A DNA stretch of 64,000 nt from Felis catus (lineage: Eukaryota). Shown in pieces: positions 51,240 to 63,740 of this stretch (within the stretch, counting starts at the first letter, position 1; the number at the start of each line of letters is the position of its first letter). A program made the position numbers and the translations under genes. Location: the NCBI RefSeq assembly GCF_018350175.1, contig NC_058368.1:35032001-35096000 (forward strand), read 5' to 3'. The notes below the pieces were generated by a model that was given only the letters and a program-made list of their open reading frames with translations, searched no databases and was not told the DNA's origin.

Positions 51240-51622
51240 CAATGTACTGTATTTTTATTTAAAATATTCACAATCTATCCCCAGGATACTGATCCCATTG
51301 TCAACAACCCTGCAGGATGATTATGCAGTATCAACCCGAACTGTGAAGTAGCTATTTGACTTGGTTTGGCCAATGAAATGTACATGAAAGTGAATATGTC
51401 ACTTGCAAGCAGAAACTTCAAGAGACAGTTATAATTCATGGTTTGTGCCATGTCTTACTTGCCTTTGCTGTGGGAGCTTCTGTCAGTGAGGTTCCGGTAA
51501 TGAAAACCATGCTGAGAAGAATTACAGCAACATGAGCAAGAAATAAACCTTTGTGTTGGTAGCCACTGATATGTGGTTGTCGTTTATAACTACAGCATAG
51601 CTTGTCCTCTCCTGACTTGTAA
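51240..51622 (+). mobile_element. MaLR LTR (MLT1H-like)
   Basis: 'tgacttggtttggccaatgaaatgt...gtcactt', 'gcaacatgagcaagaaataaacctttgtg...agccactga'. Confidence 0.8.
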
Positions 51623-51629
51623 AGCATGT

Positions 51630-53900
51630 AAATGCATTCACTCATCTGTTCACTCATCAAACATGTTTTAGTTCCAATCATATTATTAAGTTTTTGGAGA
51701 ATAACAGTAAACAGGGTAGACATGGTCTCTGCTCACAGAACTTAAATAAAAATAAGGAACCAGTTTGTTTGTTTAAGAAATGTTTTTAACACAAATAAAG
51801 AATTAGAGACTGATTTTGATGCTATAAATGGAATTAATTAAATGTCATTATAGAGAAAAGGAGAGTTGAAAAGTTAGGGTCTGATTTAGATACTGTGTTT
51901 ATAAAATTCTTCTCTAAGAAGATTAAATTTACACTGAAGGTAGGAAAGTATGAGAATTAACAAGGTAAAAGGAATTTTGGATCAAGCAGGAATGTGGGGG
52001 GAATAAGTTTAGGAATTCCCTGAGCTTGCAACAATGGGTTAACATGGCTTGGGATAAGAGCCTCCAGAATAGGTAAACATGTAAACAGGACAAACCACCA
52101 CAGCAGGGTGAAATTGCCCAGAGCTAATCAACTGAAGCAAGGTGCCTTGTTGACCCTGAGGTAGCAGGCTCTATCTGTCTTATCCCCTAGGCTAGTTAAG
52201 ATAAACAGACAAGGCGCCTGGTGCCTGCCATAAACAGCCATCTGCTAGGAGATTTTGTTTTGTATTGACCCAAACCCCTAACAGCACACATCTTGAAAAC
52301 ACCCTTTCTTTCACACACTTAATGAGCCCTATTTCATTGTCTCTTTCTGCACGTCCATCATGTTTGTAAGCCTTCTGATCCTAATAAATACTGAACAAGG
52401 ACCCAAGGACGCTTACTCGGGGCTCTCATCTTCTTCTCGACATCAGCCTCTCTCGTATTTAATACTGTGTCTGTCTGGTCTCTTGTCCCCTGGGAAAAAG
52501 AACTTAATGTATGCCAGATATTGAAAGGAAGCCAGTATGAGCAAAAGTACACTGGACAGTTAATTTGTTCTAAGAGCAATAGGAGTCAATTATGGGATTT
52601 TAGGCTGAGATTTGGTGTGCATATATGAAAGATCATTCTAACAACTATATGGAAAACAGGTTAGATGGGACAAGGGTGGGAGAAAAAGAAACAGTAAAAA
52701 TTTTGAGGTAGTTTTGGAAAACAACAGAGTGGCTTAGACTAGTACAGTGGCCATGAAGATTGTGGCCATATTAGAGAATTAATTTGAGAATGCAATCAGT
52801 TGAAATTGATGATGGGACAGAGTAGAATATGAAAGAAAGAGCAGAATCAAGGGGGTGACCCTTGAGCATCATGTCCTGAGAGGCTGGCATAGGGACAGTT
52901 TTAAAATGTGTTACAGTGAGTGGGAATGGAGAATCCATGTTGGGACCAATTAATTTTATTTTGCAATGAGATATTTAAATGGAAATATCCGGTAGGCAAC
53001 AGGGTGCATATAACTGAGGTTCAGGGGTAATATCTGTGCTGGAGATATAAATTTGTGAATTGTTACAATAAAAATGTCAGAGGCACAAATCTAAATAGAA
53101 TCTCTTAATGAAAGCATATAGAGAGTGGCAAATGAGAATCCAACATTGAGTCTTGGATATCAAAAGTGTTGTGCATCCAAGGGGATTTTTTAAAGAATGT
53201 GATTCGCTAAAGCTTGTTTCACATCGATGGAAATATCCCATAGGAAGAGAGATTTACGATATGCTAGAAAGAAATCATAGCTGTAGGCATGAATTCCTTG
53301 AGATGATAGAAAAGAATGGAACCCAAAGCACACATGAAAAAAGTGAACTTCAGTAAGCTAATCTACCTCTACATCTTTACCTGAAAGAAGAAGCCAATGG
53401 TGTTTCAGGAGCAGGGAGTTTTATAGATAAGGTGATGGGATGATAAGGAATTTAGGATTCTCAAGTGTGAACAAACTGACAGTGAGTAGAGAAAGGGTGA
53501 GAAAGTTTTAATAATAGGTGGGTAGGTATAAAATAGTTAAGCAGAAATACAAAGCTAATAAAGAAAGTATAGTAAAGTGAACAATCACTGATTTCAAGTG
53601 TGACTGGCAAATATGGTTGTAAAATCTCCTTTGCAGGCTAAGGAAAAAGACAAACACTTACTGTGGTTTATCCAGGGTTCAGATTTGGTCTGGAGTATGA
53701 CTAACAGAGAAAGGGGTAAGCAATCATAATAAAAGCCAGAGAATAGGTAAATAAAAAGAGAAGGCTGATAGTTTGTAAGTTGTGGGACAAAGGGATGGGA
53801 TGTCTCAAAAAGTGAAAGGATTATAGCTGTGGGGCCATTATGGTAAGTGAGTTGGAAAGTGAGGAGGTAAAGGTCAGAGCAAAGAAAGTAATTTCTAGTG
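51630..53900 (-). mobile_element. Long L2 remnant, interrupted by an LTR
   Basis: 'cattcactcatc...tagacatggtctctgctc', 'aaagatcattctaacaactatatggaaaa', 'tctgtgctggagatataaatttgtgaatt'. Confidence 0.8.
51993..52495 (+). mobile_element. ERV1-type solo LTR
   Basis: Starts 'tgtgggg'; higher GC than the L2 host; 'taataaa' at about 52382 followed by 'actcggggctc' typical of gammaretroviral R regions; 3' end and TSD not resolved. Confidence 0.7.
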
Positions 53901-54339
53901 AGGTCTATGTGCTGTCCCAGTCCTGCTTCATCTTTTAATGCAGCTAAGATTCATTTCTTAATCCCTGTTTCATTTTACTTTTTCTCTTTACCTCAACTGC
54001 TTTATTTTTATCTTATTACACTATATGCATTTTTGTCAGTAATTTAAAATAACTTTTTGGAACAAAGCAAGGCATTAATTAATTAATTTGCATATTTCAA
54101 AATACTTCTTTCATGGAATGGTTTCTAGATCTCACTTTTATTGCCAACTCAGTTCCCTTTATCTGAATAGATTCTACTTTTTCAAGGTTCTAATAAAAAG
54201 AAATACTCAGAACTAAGAATAATCACCTCAAGTTAGGTTACAAGAGTCATAGTCAGCAACAGGAAGAACGAAGGCTGGAACATGAACCTCATGATCCCTG
54301 GTCCAGTACATATGCCCCTTGATTTGCAGAGGTAACTAA

Positions 54340-54560
54340 GAATAATTGCAGATATTTACTTAGTGACAACCTTGTTTTACCAATGGTGCTTAATACCTTA
54401 CATGGTCCCTTTCATTTATTTCTCACAAATAAATATGAAGTAAATATTAGCTCATTTTAGAAAGAGGAAAACTGAGGCTTAGGAAAATTAACTTGTACAC
54501 AGTCACACAGCCACAAAGTAGTAGAGACTATAGAAAACCTCAGTCTAATCCCATAATTCT
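54340..54560 (-). mobile_element. MIR SINE
   Basis: 'ctcattttagaaagaggaaaactgaggcttagg...aacttgtacacagtcacacagc'. Confidence 0.85.
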
Positions 54561-54829
54561 ACTTCTATTACTCCTATGTTCTACTTCTATTCAAGTACAT
54601 TCAAGTTGTATTTTCTGGTTTTAACCACTCATATACTCATACTGAATTTATAATGACTTGAAATTCCTTGGTAGCCTTCATGTGCAATCTATTAGCTTTT
54701 TTTTTCCTTGCACAATGCCAGAAACATAATAGGTACCTAATAAATATTTCATTCATTGAATTAGAATTCTGTTCAATCATAAAATTGGATAAACCCTGCT
54801 TCTGATATCTTCATTGCAATAATTAATTT

Positions 54830-55230
54830 AAAAATAATTAAAATAGGACTAGAATCAGAATGTTGTAGAAACTTCTCTCCATCATTCTTCTAGCATGAAT
54901 ATTCAAATGATTATGCCAATTTTAGCCCATATAATATACTATCTCTAACATGTGTTCTTTATCTTGTCCACAAAGATAATCTGAGAGGCTGTCAAAAATA
55001 ATAATAAAGTTACATTTTCTTCTATATTTTTTTCTGCTTGTCCAGAAAACATGATCAAATAGGAAATAAAATTAACATGACAGTATCCATTCTTAATGAA
55101 CCTATGTTGGTTTCTGTTGATCATTGATAGTTCTTCTGAGAATACACAGGCCATTTAGGTTAATTACTAATTCTACATTTTATGTCTACTATGTCCATAA
55201 GTCATGTTTTGCCCTTTTTTTGCTTTCCTT
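54830..55230 (-). mobile_element. CR1/L3 LINE reverse-transcriptase relic
   Basis: ORF 54945-55154 'INRNQHRFIKNGYCHVNFISY...SQIIFVDKI' aligns by eye to the CR1 RT segment 'I.RSQHGF.K.KSC.TNLISF...SHDILVDK'. Confidence 0.75.
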
Positions 55231-56539
55231 AATATCTGTAAGCAGTATCTCTTTGTTAATATACTTAGTTTTTCTGACTTCCAGGGAAGATGGTGGAGTA
55301 GGAGGACTCTGAGCTCATCTTGTCCCATGATACAACTATAACACATACCTCAGTGTAAATGACCCAGAAAATGACCCAAAGACTAGCAGAACAGACTCCT
55401 GGTAGGTAAATATAGAGAAGAGACCACGTTAATGAGGGTAGGAAGGGTGGAGTTCTGGTCTGCAGCTAAACGGACCCATGACACTGTCCACAGGAGGGAG
55501 AGACAGGCAGGTATGGAGAGGGGAGAGGAGCAGATCCTCATACTAGTCAACTGAGGCACAAGGGACTGCATAGGAAGATGAATCCCCAAAACATTTGTCT
55601 TTAAAAATGTGCGCCACAGTGGGGCACAATTTTGTGAGTTCTGATAATCAGCAGGGCTAACACCTATAACTTTAAAAATTAGTGGGCTTCACTCTGGCAG
55701 ACTGGAAGAGGAGGAAACAGAATCCCTGCCCTTAAATAAACAGAGAAACAGCCCTCTGAAGATAAAGCACAGAAGAATTTGAAAGACACCTGGGGTACAT
55801 GGCAGCAAGATTTGTTTACTAATTTCAGACCATGTGTTGGAGGGGTAAGGACACTTGGGAGATTTCTCCCAAGAACAAAAGAGTTGGATGGCACTGTTCC
55901 CTTCCCTGTTTTCCACCACCCCCCTCCCAGCTTAGATACATGGAGACCTACAGGAACCGGCAAGGCACCAAAACTCATTACTAGACTTGCTAACATCATG
56001 CCCTATGCCTAAATTCCCGCATTCTCCTGCAGATTCATCTTCTCCAGCAAGACCTCAGTTCCAGGTCCCCTCCCACAGCAGACCTATGCAAACTTTCTAA
56101 TACCATGTTCCTCACCCTGCAGACCTGCCCTCTCTAATACACCTTTGGCTAGAGCCCATCCAAAGTGGTGCCACAAGCCCTGAAGGGCACAAGCAGTCCC
56201 AACCAGGACCACACCAAAGTGACTCCTGCCCCAGGGAAAGAGGAAGATAAGCACATGCAACAGTCTGACAGCAGCCCCTGCACTGGACTGAGGGCAGATA
56301 TCTAGTCTGACATCAATCCTTCCCACCAATGAAAGTTTCTCAGGGCAAAACACAGGAAAAGCACCCAGAAGTTTGGAGTTTGGTTCTACTGGCAAATTCC
56401 AGGTCTGACTCAACTCAAGTCCAAGGCAGCCCCAGACTGGCCCACTAACAACAGAGGGACCAAATGCAGCCCACAACAGGTAAAGAGAGCCAGTACAGAT
56501 GAAGGAACTGAAGGCAAAAGCAGCTCAGCCACAATGTGC

Positions 56540-56620
56540 AGCACGCATGTGCGCGTGCGCACACGCACACACACGCACACGCACACACACACACACACAC
56601 ACACAGATACACACACACAT
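56540..56620. repeat. (CG/CA)n alternating purine-pyrimidine microsatellite
   Basis: 'gcacgcatgtgcgcgtgcgcacacgcacacac...' within the L1 5' UTR. Confidence 0.95.
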
Positions 56621-56779
56621 AAGAGACATCCCTGAAGCAGAAGTTTCCAGTGAACAGGGGACATTATACTGCAGGGCTCTACAGGACCTCTTCTTAATAG
56701 GCCACTACTTTCAAGAGCAGAAGATGTAGCTCTTTCCTGATACATAGAAACAAACACAGAGTGTTAGGAAAAAAAAAAA

Positions 56780-57703
56780 TTAGAAGACAGAATAATATGT
56801 CCCAAATGATAGAATAGGACAAAATCACAGAGAGAGAGGTAAATAAAATGGAGATAAGTAATATGCTTCACAGAGAATTTAAAGTAATGCTCACAAAGAA
56901 CTTAATGGACTTGAGAAAACAGTGAAGGACCACACCGAGACCTTTAATAAAGAGATAGAAAACATAAAAAAGAATCAGATGAAGAACTCGATAACTAAAA
57001 TTAAAAATATACTAGATGGAATAAATAGTACACTAGAGGAATCAGAAGAACTGATCAGTAAACTGGAGGACAAAGTGATGGAAAGCAATCAAGTTGAACA
57101 GGAGAGAGAAATATACATATAGAAATATGATGAAATATATTGAAATATATATTGAAACATGAAAATAGACTTAAGGAACTCAGTGACAGCATTAAGAGTA
57201 ATAGCATTCACATGATAGGTATCTCACAAAGATAAGAGAGAGAAAAGGGGAAGAAAATTTATTGGAAGAAATAATAGTTGAAAATTCTCCAAATCTGAAG
57301 AAGGAAAAAGAAATCCAGATCCAGGAGGCACATAGACCAACCCCCACAAAAAATCAAGCCAAAGAGGTTGACACCAAGACATATAATAATTGAAAGGGCC
57401 AAAACTATTGATAACAGAATTTTAAGAGTAGAAAGAGAAAAGGAAACAATCAATACAAGAGAAATCCCATTAGGCTATGAGCTGATTTTTCAGCAGAAAG
57501 TTTGCAGGCAAGAACGCAGTGGCATGATATATTCAAAATACTGGGGGGGTTGGGGTGGGGGTAACCCTGCAACCAACAATGCTCTTTCCAGCAAGGCTAT
57601 CATTCAGAATGGAAGGAGAGGTGACAAGTTTCTCAAACAAAAATTAAAGAAATTCCTGAACATCAAACCAGCCCTACAAGAAATGTTAAAGGGGACTCTT
57701 TGA
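56780..57703 (+). pseudogene. L1 ORF1p remnant (stops and frameshifts)
   Basis: Fragments 'ETFNKEIENIKKNQMKNSITKIKN.LDGINS.LEE', 'TPRHIII', 'KPALQEMLKG.L'. Confidence 0.9.
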
Positions 57704-58096
57704 GTGGAAAAGAAAGACCATAAACAGAGTAAGAAAGTTAGGAAGTACAAAAGCAATAAAAATAAGTATATCTATAAAAATCAGTCAAGGGATTCACAAA
57801 ATGAAAGTAAATAAAGTATGACACAATATACCTAAAACATGGGGAGACAGGAATAAAGAATGAGTTCAAACTTAAACAACCATCAAGTTAATAGCTGTAT
57901 GTATAAGATGTTATTTATAAACCTAATGGTAAGCGCAAATCAAACACCAGGAATACACATGCAAAAATTAAAAAGAAAGGAATTCAAGTATACCACTAAA
58001 GGAAGTCAGCAATCTGTGAGATAATAGAGCAAGAAAAGGAACAGAGAAGAACTACAAAAACAACCATTAAACAAGTACAAAAAAAAAAAGAAGAGC

Positions 58097-61000
58097 CCAT
58101 AAGTATGTATTTAGCAATAATTATTTTGAATGTCCATGGACTAAACACTCCAATCAAAAGGCATAAGTGATTAAATGGATAAAAAAAACAAGATCCATCT
58201 ATACGCTACCTACAAGAGACTCATTTGAGACTAAAGACACATGCAGATTAAAAGTGAGGGATGGAAACGCATTTGTCACGCAAACAGAAGTAAAGAGAAA
58301 GCTTGAATAGCACCATTTACATTGGACAAAATAGACTTTAAAACACAAAGACTATAACAAGAGACAAAGAAGAACACTATATATTCATAAAGAGAGCCAT
58401 TTGATAAGAAGATATAATAACTGTAAACACTCACTAGATCACCCAAATATATAAAACAGCTATTAAAAAACATAAAGTAAGTGATTGACAGTAGTACAAT
58501 AATAGTAGGGAACTTTAACACCCCATTTACATCAGTGGATAGAGCACCCAAACAGAAAATTGACCAGGAAACGGTGACTTCGAATGACACACTGGACAAG
58601 ATGGATCTAACACATATTTTCAGAACATTCCATTCTAAAAGAACACAATACACAGTCTTGTCAATGCAGATGGAACATTCTCCAGAATAGATAATATTTA
58701 GGCCACAAAACAAGTCTCAACAAATTCAAGAAAATCCAAGTCATACCATGCATCCTTTTCAACCACATACAATGAAACTAGAAATCAACCACAAGAAAGA
58801 AATTTGAAAAAAACACAAATACATTGAGGTTAAATAACATGCTACCACCAAACAAGAAATGGTTCAACCAAGAAATCAAAGAGGAAGTAAAAATTACATG
58901 GAGACAAATGAAAATGAAAACAAAATGGTCCAAAATCTTTGGTATGAAGCAAAAGCTGTTTTAAGGGGGCAGTTTATAGCAAGAAAGGTATATACCTCAA
59001 TAAGCAAGAAAAATCTCAAATAAACAAACTAATCTTATATCTAAAGGAACTAGAAAAATAAGAACAAAACCCAAAGCCAGTAAAAGAAAGGAAATTAAAA
59101 ATATTAGAGTAGGAATAAAAAAAAATAACCTAAAAAAGCAATGAAACCAGGAGCTGGTTCTTTGAAAACATCAGCAAATTGATAAACCTTTAACCAGACT
59201 CAAAGAGACAGAGGGGGGACTCAGATAAGCAAAATCATAAATAAAAGAATGGAAATTAAAAATGACACCACAGAAATACAAAGCAGCATAAGCGAATATT
59301 ATGAAAAACTATATGCCAACAAATTGGACCACCTAGAAGTGGATAAATTCCTAGAAACATAGAACCTTCCAAAACTAAATCCAGAAGAAATCGATAATTT
59401 GCTTCAGAGGCAAATCTACCAAACATTTAAAGAAGACTTAACACCTATTCTTCTAAAACTATTCTAAAATATTAGAAGAGACAGGAAAATTTCCAAATTC
59501 ATTCTATAAGGCCAGCATTACCCTGATACTAAAACCAGATAAAGGCACTACAAGGGGGGGGGGGGGGGGGAAGAGAAAGAGAGAGAGAGAGAACTAGAGG
59601 CCAATATCTCCTATGAACATAGATGCGAAACTCCTTAACAAAATAGCAAACCAAATCCAAAAATACATTTTAAAAATCAATCACCATAATCAAGTGGGAT
59701 TTATTCCTGGGATGCAAGGGTGGTTTAGTATTCACAAATCAATCATAGTGATACATCACACCAATAAGAGAAAAGACAAAAACCATATGCTCATTTCAAA
59801 AGATGCAGAAAAAGCATTTGACAAAGTCCAACAACTGTTCATGATAAGAAACCTTCAACAAAGTAGGTTTAGAGGGAGTGTATGTAAACATAATAAAGGC
59901 CATGTATGAAAAACCCACAGCTAATATCATACTCAATGGTGAAAAACTGAGAGCTTTTCCCCCAAAGGAACAAGACAAGGATGTCCACTGTCACCACTTT
60001 TATTCAACATTGTACTGGAAGTCCTGTCCACAGCGGTCAGACAATAAGAAATAAAAGGCATTCAAATTGGTAAGGGAAGAGTAAAACTTTCACTATTTGC
60101 AGATGACATGACACTATGTACAGAAAACCCTCAAGACTCCCCCAAAAAACTATAGAATTGATAAATGAATTCACTAAGATAGCAGGATACAAAATTAATA
60201 CACAGAAATCTGTTGGAATTTCTATACAATAAAGTAGAAAGAAAAATTAAGAAAACAATCCCATTTATAATTTCACTAAAAATCATAAAATATCTAAGGA
60301 TAAATTTAACCAAAGAGGTAAAAGACTTGTACTCTGAAAACTGGAAAAACATTGATGAAAGAAATCGAAGATGACACAAAGAATATCCAATGGGAAAAAG
60401 CCTCTTCAACAAATGGTACTGGGAAAACTGGACAGCTACATGCAAAAGAATAAAATGGGACCATTTTCTTACACATACACAAAAATAAACTCAATGTGGA
60501 TTAAAGGCATAAGTGTGAGACCTGCAGCCAAAAAACTCCTAAAAGAAAACATAGGCAGTAATATCTTAGACATCAACCTTAGCAATATTTTTCTACATAT
60601 GTCTACTGAGGCAAGGGAAATAAAGACAAAAATAAAACTATTGGGACTACACCAAAATAAGCTTTTGCACAGCAAGGAAAAACATCAACAAAATAGTAAG
60701 GCAACCTACTGATTGGGGGAATATATTTGCAAATGACATATTCAGTAAAGAGTTAATATCCAAATTATACAAAGAACTCATAAAAGCTAACACCAAATAA
60801 ATAAATAATCTGACTAAAAATACACAAAGGACCTAAATAGACATTTTTCAAAGAAGACATACAGATGGCCAATAGACACATGAAAAACTGCTCAACATCA
60901 CTCATCATCAGGGAAATGTAAATCAAAACCACAATGAGATACCACCTCATACCTATCAAAATGCCTAAAACAAAACAAAACAAACAAACAAACAAAAAAA

Positions 61001-61340
61001 ACCCACACGAAACAACAAGTGATGGCAAGGATGTGGAAAATAAGGAACCCTTGTGCACTGTTGGTGGGAATGCAAACTGGTGCAGTCACTGTGGAAAAAA
61101 GCAAAGTGGTTTCTCAAAAATTAAGAACAGAATTACCATATGATCCAGTAATTCCACTACTGGGTATTTACTGAAAAAATACAAAAACATTAATTCAAAG
61201 GGACACATGCACCCCAAAGTTTATAGCAGCATTATTTTTTTTTTATATAGCAGCATTATTTACAATAGCCAAGTTATGGAAGCAGCCCAAGTGTCTGTCC
61301 ATTGATAAATGAATTGGATAAAGATGTGTTATACATATAC
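58097..61340 (+). pseudogene. L1 ORF2p remnant (endonuclease and RT), disrupted
   Basis: 'TIIVGNFNTP', '[11 protein letters not shown]...[12 protein letters not shown]...DAEKAFDK', catalytic FADD codons at 60096-60107, 'MRYHL.PIKM'. Confidence 0.93.
59554..59591. repeat. G17 run plus (GA)n inside L1 ORF2
   Basis: Visible directly in the sequence. Confidence 0.9.
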
Positions 61341-61755
61341 AATGTAATAGTACTCAGCCATAAAAAAAGGAATGAAATCTTGCCATTTGCAACAACATGG
61401 GTGGGTCTACAGTGTATAATGGTAAGTGACATAAGTCAGAGAAAGACAAATACCGTATGACTTCACTTATATGTGGCATTTAAGAAACAAAACAAATGAG
61501 CAAAGGGAAGAAAAAGGAGAGAGACAAACCAAGAAACCAACTCTTAACTATAGAGAACAAACTGATAGTTACCAGAGGGGAGCTGAGTGGGGCTGGGAGG
61601 AGAGGGTGAAAGAGGTGATGGGGATTTAGGAGTGTACTTGTGATGGTGAGCACTGGGTGATGTATGGAATTGTTGAATCACTATATTGTACACCTAAAAC
61701 TAATATAATACCGTATACTAACTCTACTGGAATTTAAGTTTAAAAAAAAATTTTA

Positions 61756-62160
61756 AGAGACAAAAAAACAGAATCTTAACTATAGCTAAAAAACTGATGG
61801 AGGTGCCTGGGTGGCTCAGTAGGTTGAACGACTCTTGATTTCTGCTCAGGTCATGATCTCACGTCTCACAGTTTTTAGATCAAGCCCTGTGCTGTCAGCA
61901 TGGAGCCTGCTTGGGATTCTCATTCTCTCTCTCATTCTCTCTCTCATCCTCTCTCTCTCTCTCTCTCAAAACAAATAAAATAAAAACTTAAAAAAAATGA
62001 TGATTACCACAGTGGAGGTGGGTGGGGGCCTGGGTAAAATAGGTGAAGGGGATTAAGAGTATACACTTATCATGATGAGTACTGAGTAATGTATAGATAT
62101 TGTATCACCATATCGTACCCTTGTAACTAATGTAACACTGCATGCTAACTATCCTGGAAA
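61756..62160 (+). mobile_element. Second L1 3' UTR terminus, split by a SINE
   Basis: 'agagacaaa...tcttaactatag...aaactgatg|ttacca...ggggattaagagt...aactaat...ctggaa' parallels 61520-61755. Confidence 0.9.
61800..61991 (+). mobile_element. Can-SINE
   Basis: 'gaggtgcctgggtggctcagtaggttgaa' head; TSD aaaaa(c/a)tgatg. Confidence 0.96.
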
Positions 62161-63339
62161 TACACACACACACACAATTTGTTTTCTTTTTTATTCATTT
62201 TGTGTGTGTGTATGTGTGTGGCATAAAACTCTTCCACCACTAATCGAATTCCATTTTACATTTTGTTTCCTGTTTCCATAGATGACAAAATGACAAAGAG
62301 TTATGCACACAGATGTCTGGATTAGACTAACACAGATAGAATGATTTGGGAATACCAGTGAGGCCCTAACACTCCCTAAAATCTTCTAACAGATTTGCAT
62401 AACATGACTGTTGGACCTTATTCTGCCACTGATTCCTTCTTTTTAGCTTTCTGGTATATGAGGTCCATAGAGTAGAATCTCTAAAATCTTAGAAATGATA
62501 AATGGAAATCTTTGGAGACTTGATCCTCAAAATAAACATATAATCATGCATGTACATAAATACCTTCAAAAGAGTTGATCCCAGGACAGCAAAATTTTAC
62601 TATAACATAATTAAATGTACTAATATAGTTCAAGAAAGTCTATATCCCACCATGGGGGATGAGGGTAGGGTGGGACTGGTCTATAAAAGAAGTAAAGAAA
62701 AAGAAGATTCTAAAAGAGAAATATAGTCTGTGATTCCGTGAAGCTAATGTCCAGCAGAGAGAGATTCTTTTTCAGTAGACTTTAAACATCTCTGGTCCTA
62801 CTGGCAAAATCATCCTGATTTGAGTATTCAAGTTATTTTAGTCCTACTAGCAAATATTTCATTAACCCAACTTCCCTTTCTTCAACTCCTCAATCACAAT
62901 AAAATTTTCTAAATAATTTTTAGTATTGTATTACAATTGCTTGCTTACAGGGACAAAATATGCTAATCATTCCAACATATATGTTCCTGTTCCTGGAAAG
63001 TAATTTCTAATTGTAAGCTAAAATTCTTGTATTGGGCTAGAGCAAATATCATGTCCTCACCAAATCATTTTACTGAAGAGATTGTTACACTAGGAAATGT
63101 AGGGGCTGTGGGGCTAAATAAAGTGAAATGTTTGTTGATCACAGCATTGCAAGTGTTCTTGTGATTTGTTTTCTATGTGATTTGTTCATATCTATGGGAT
63201 ATGAGAGGAAGTGATGTGTGACCAATAATCCTGGGTCAATAAAATAGTTGTTCATTCTCCACATTCTCTTTTCTCCTTCTCCAGCAACCTGGGAACCATG
63301 TGTTCTTCGTGGTGTAACTGAAAATTTGAAGAGGTAGGC

Positions 63340-63740
63340 AAAGTTCAAGTTACGGAGGGCCTCAAATTCCTCACTAAGGAAACTTGTTAAAGAACTACTG
63401 GAAGATACTTGTTAAAGAACTACTGGAAGATACAAGCACAGTGTAAAAGTCTTAGAGAATCACTTCAGCCCAGTGCACTAGTTACAGTCTGAAAAGTGGA
63501 TTTCAGGAAGAACGGATGAAGCGGGAGAAGGGGCATTACAGGAACACAAGTAAGAAATGAGAACCTAAAGAAAAAGACTGGAACTCGTGACGGAGATATC
63601 TGGATGAAATTTAGAGCTATCAAGAAAGTACAAGTGACCAGTAGAGTCAAGGATAATGCTATTTTTTGGACTTCTGCACCTGAGAGTATAGTTGAATGCA
63701 TTATTACCTAAAATGTACGACAGAAGAAAGTAAAGATCCT
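63340..63740 (-). mobile_element. L2 fragment
   Basis: 'ggagggcctcaaattcc...tagagaatcacttcagc...agagtcaaggataatgct'. Confidence 0.65.
63382..63433. repeat. Perfect 25-bp tandem duplication
   Basis: acttgttaaagaactactggaagat twice. Confidence 0.95.

Larger units (their letters stand above)
55276..61755 (+). mobile_element. Near-full-length inactive carnivore L1 (5' UTR, ORF1, ORF2, 3' UTR)
   Basis: 5' 'gacttccagggaagatggtggagtaggagg'; ORF1 and ORF2 fragments in the correct order; 3' UTR and A-rich tail. Confidence 0.97.

Noticed and set aside
58276..58713. 145-aa hydrophobic minus-strand ORF
   Set aside because: It is the antisense reading of the L1 ORF2 endonuclease region
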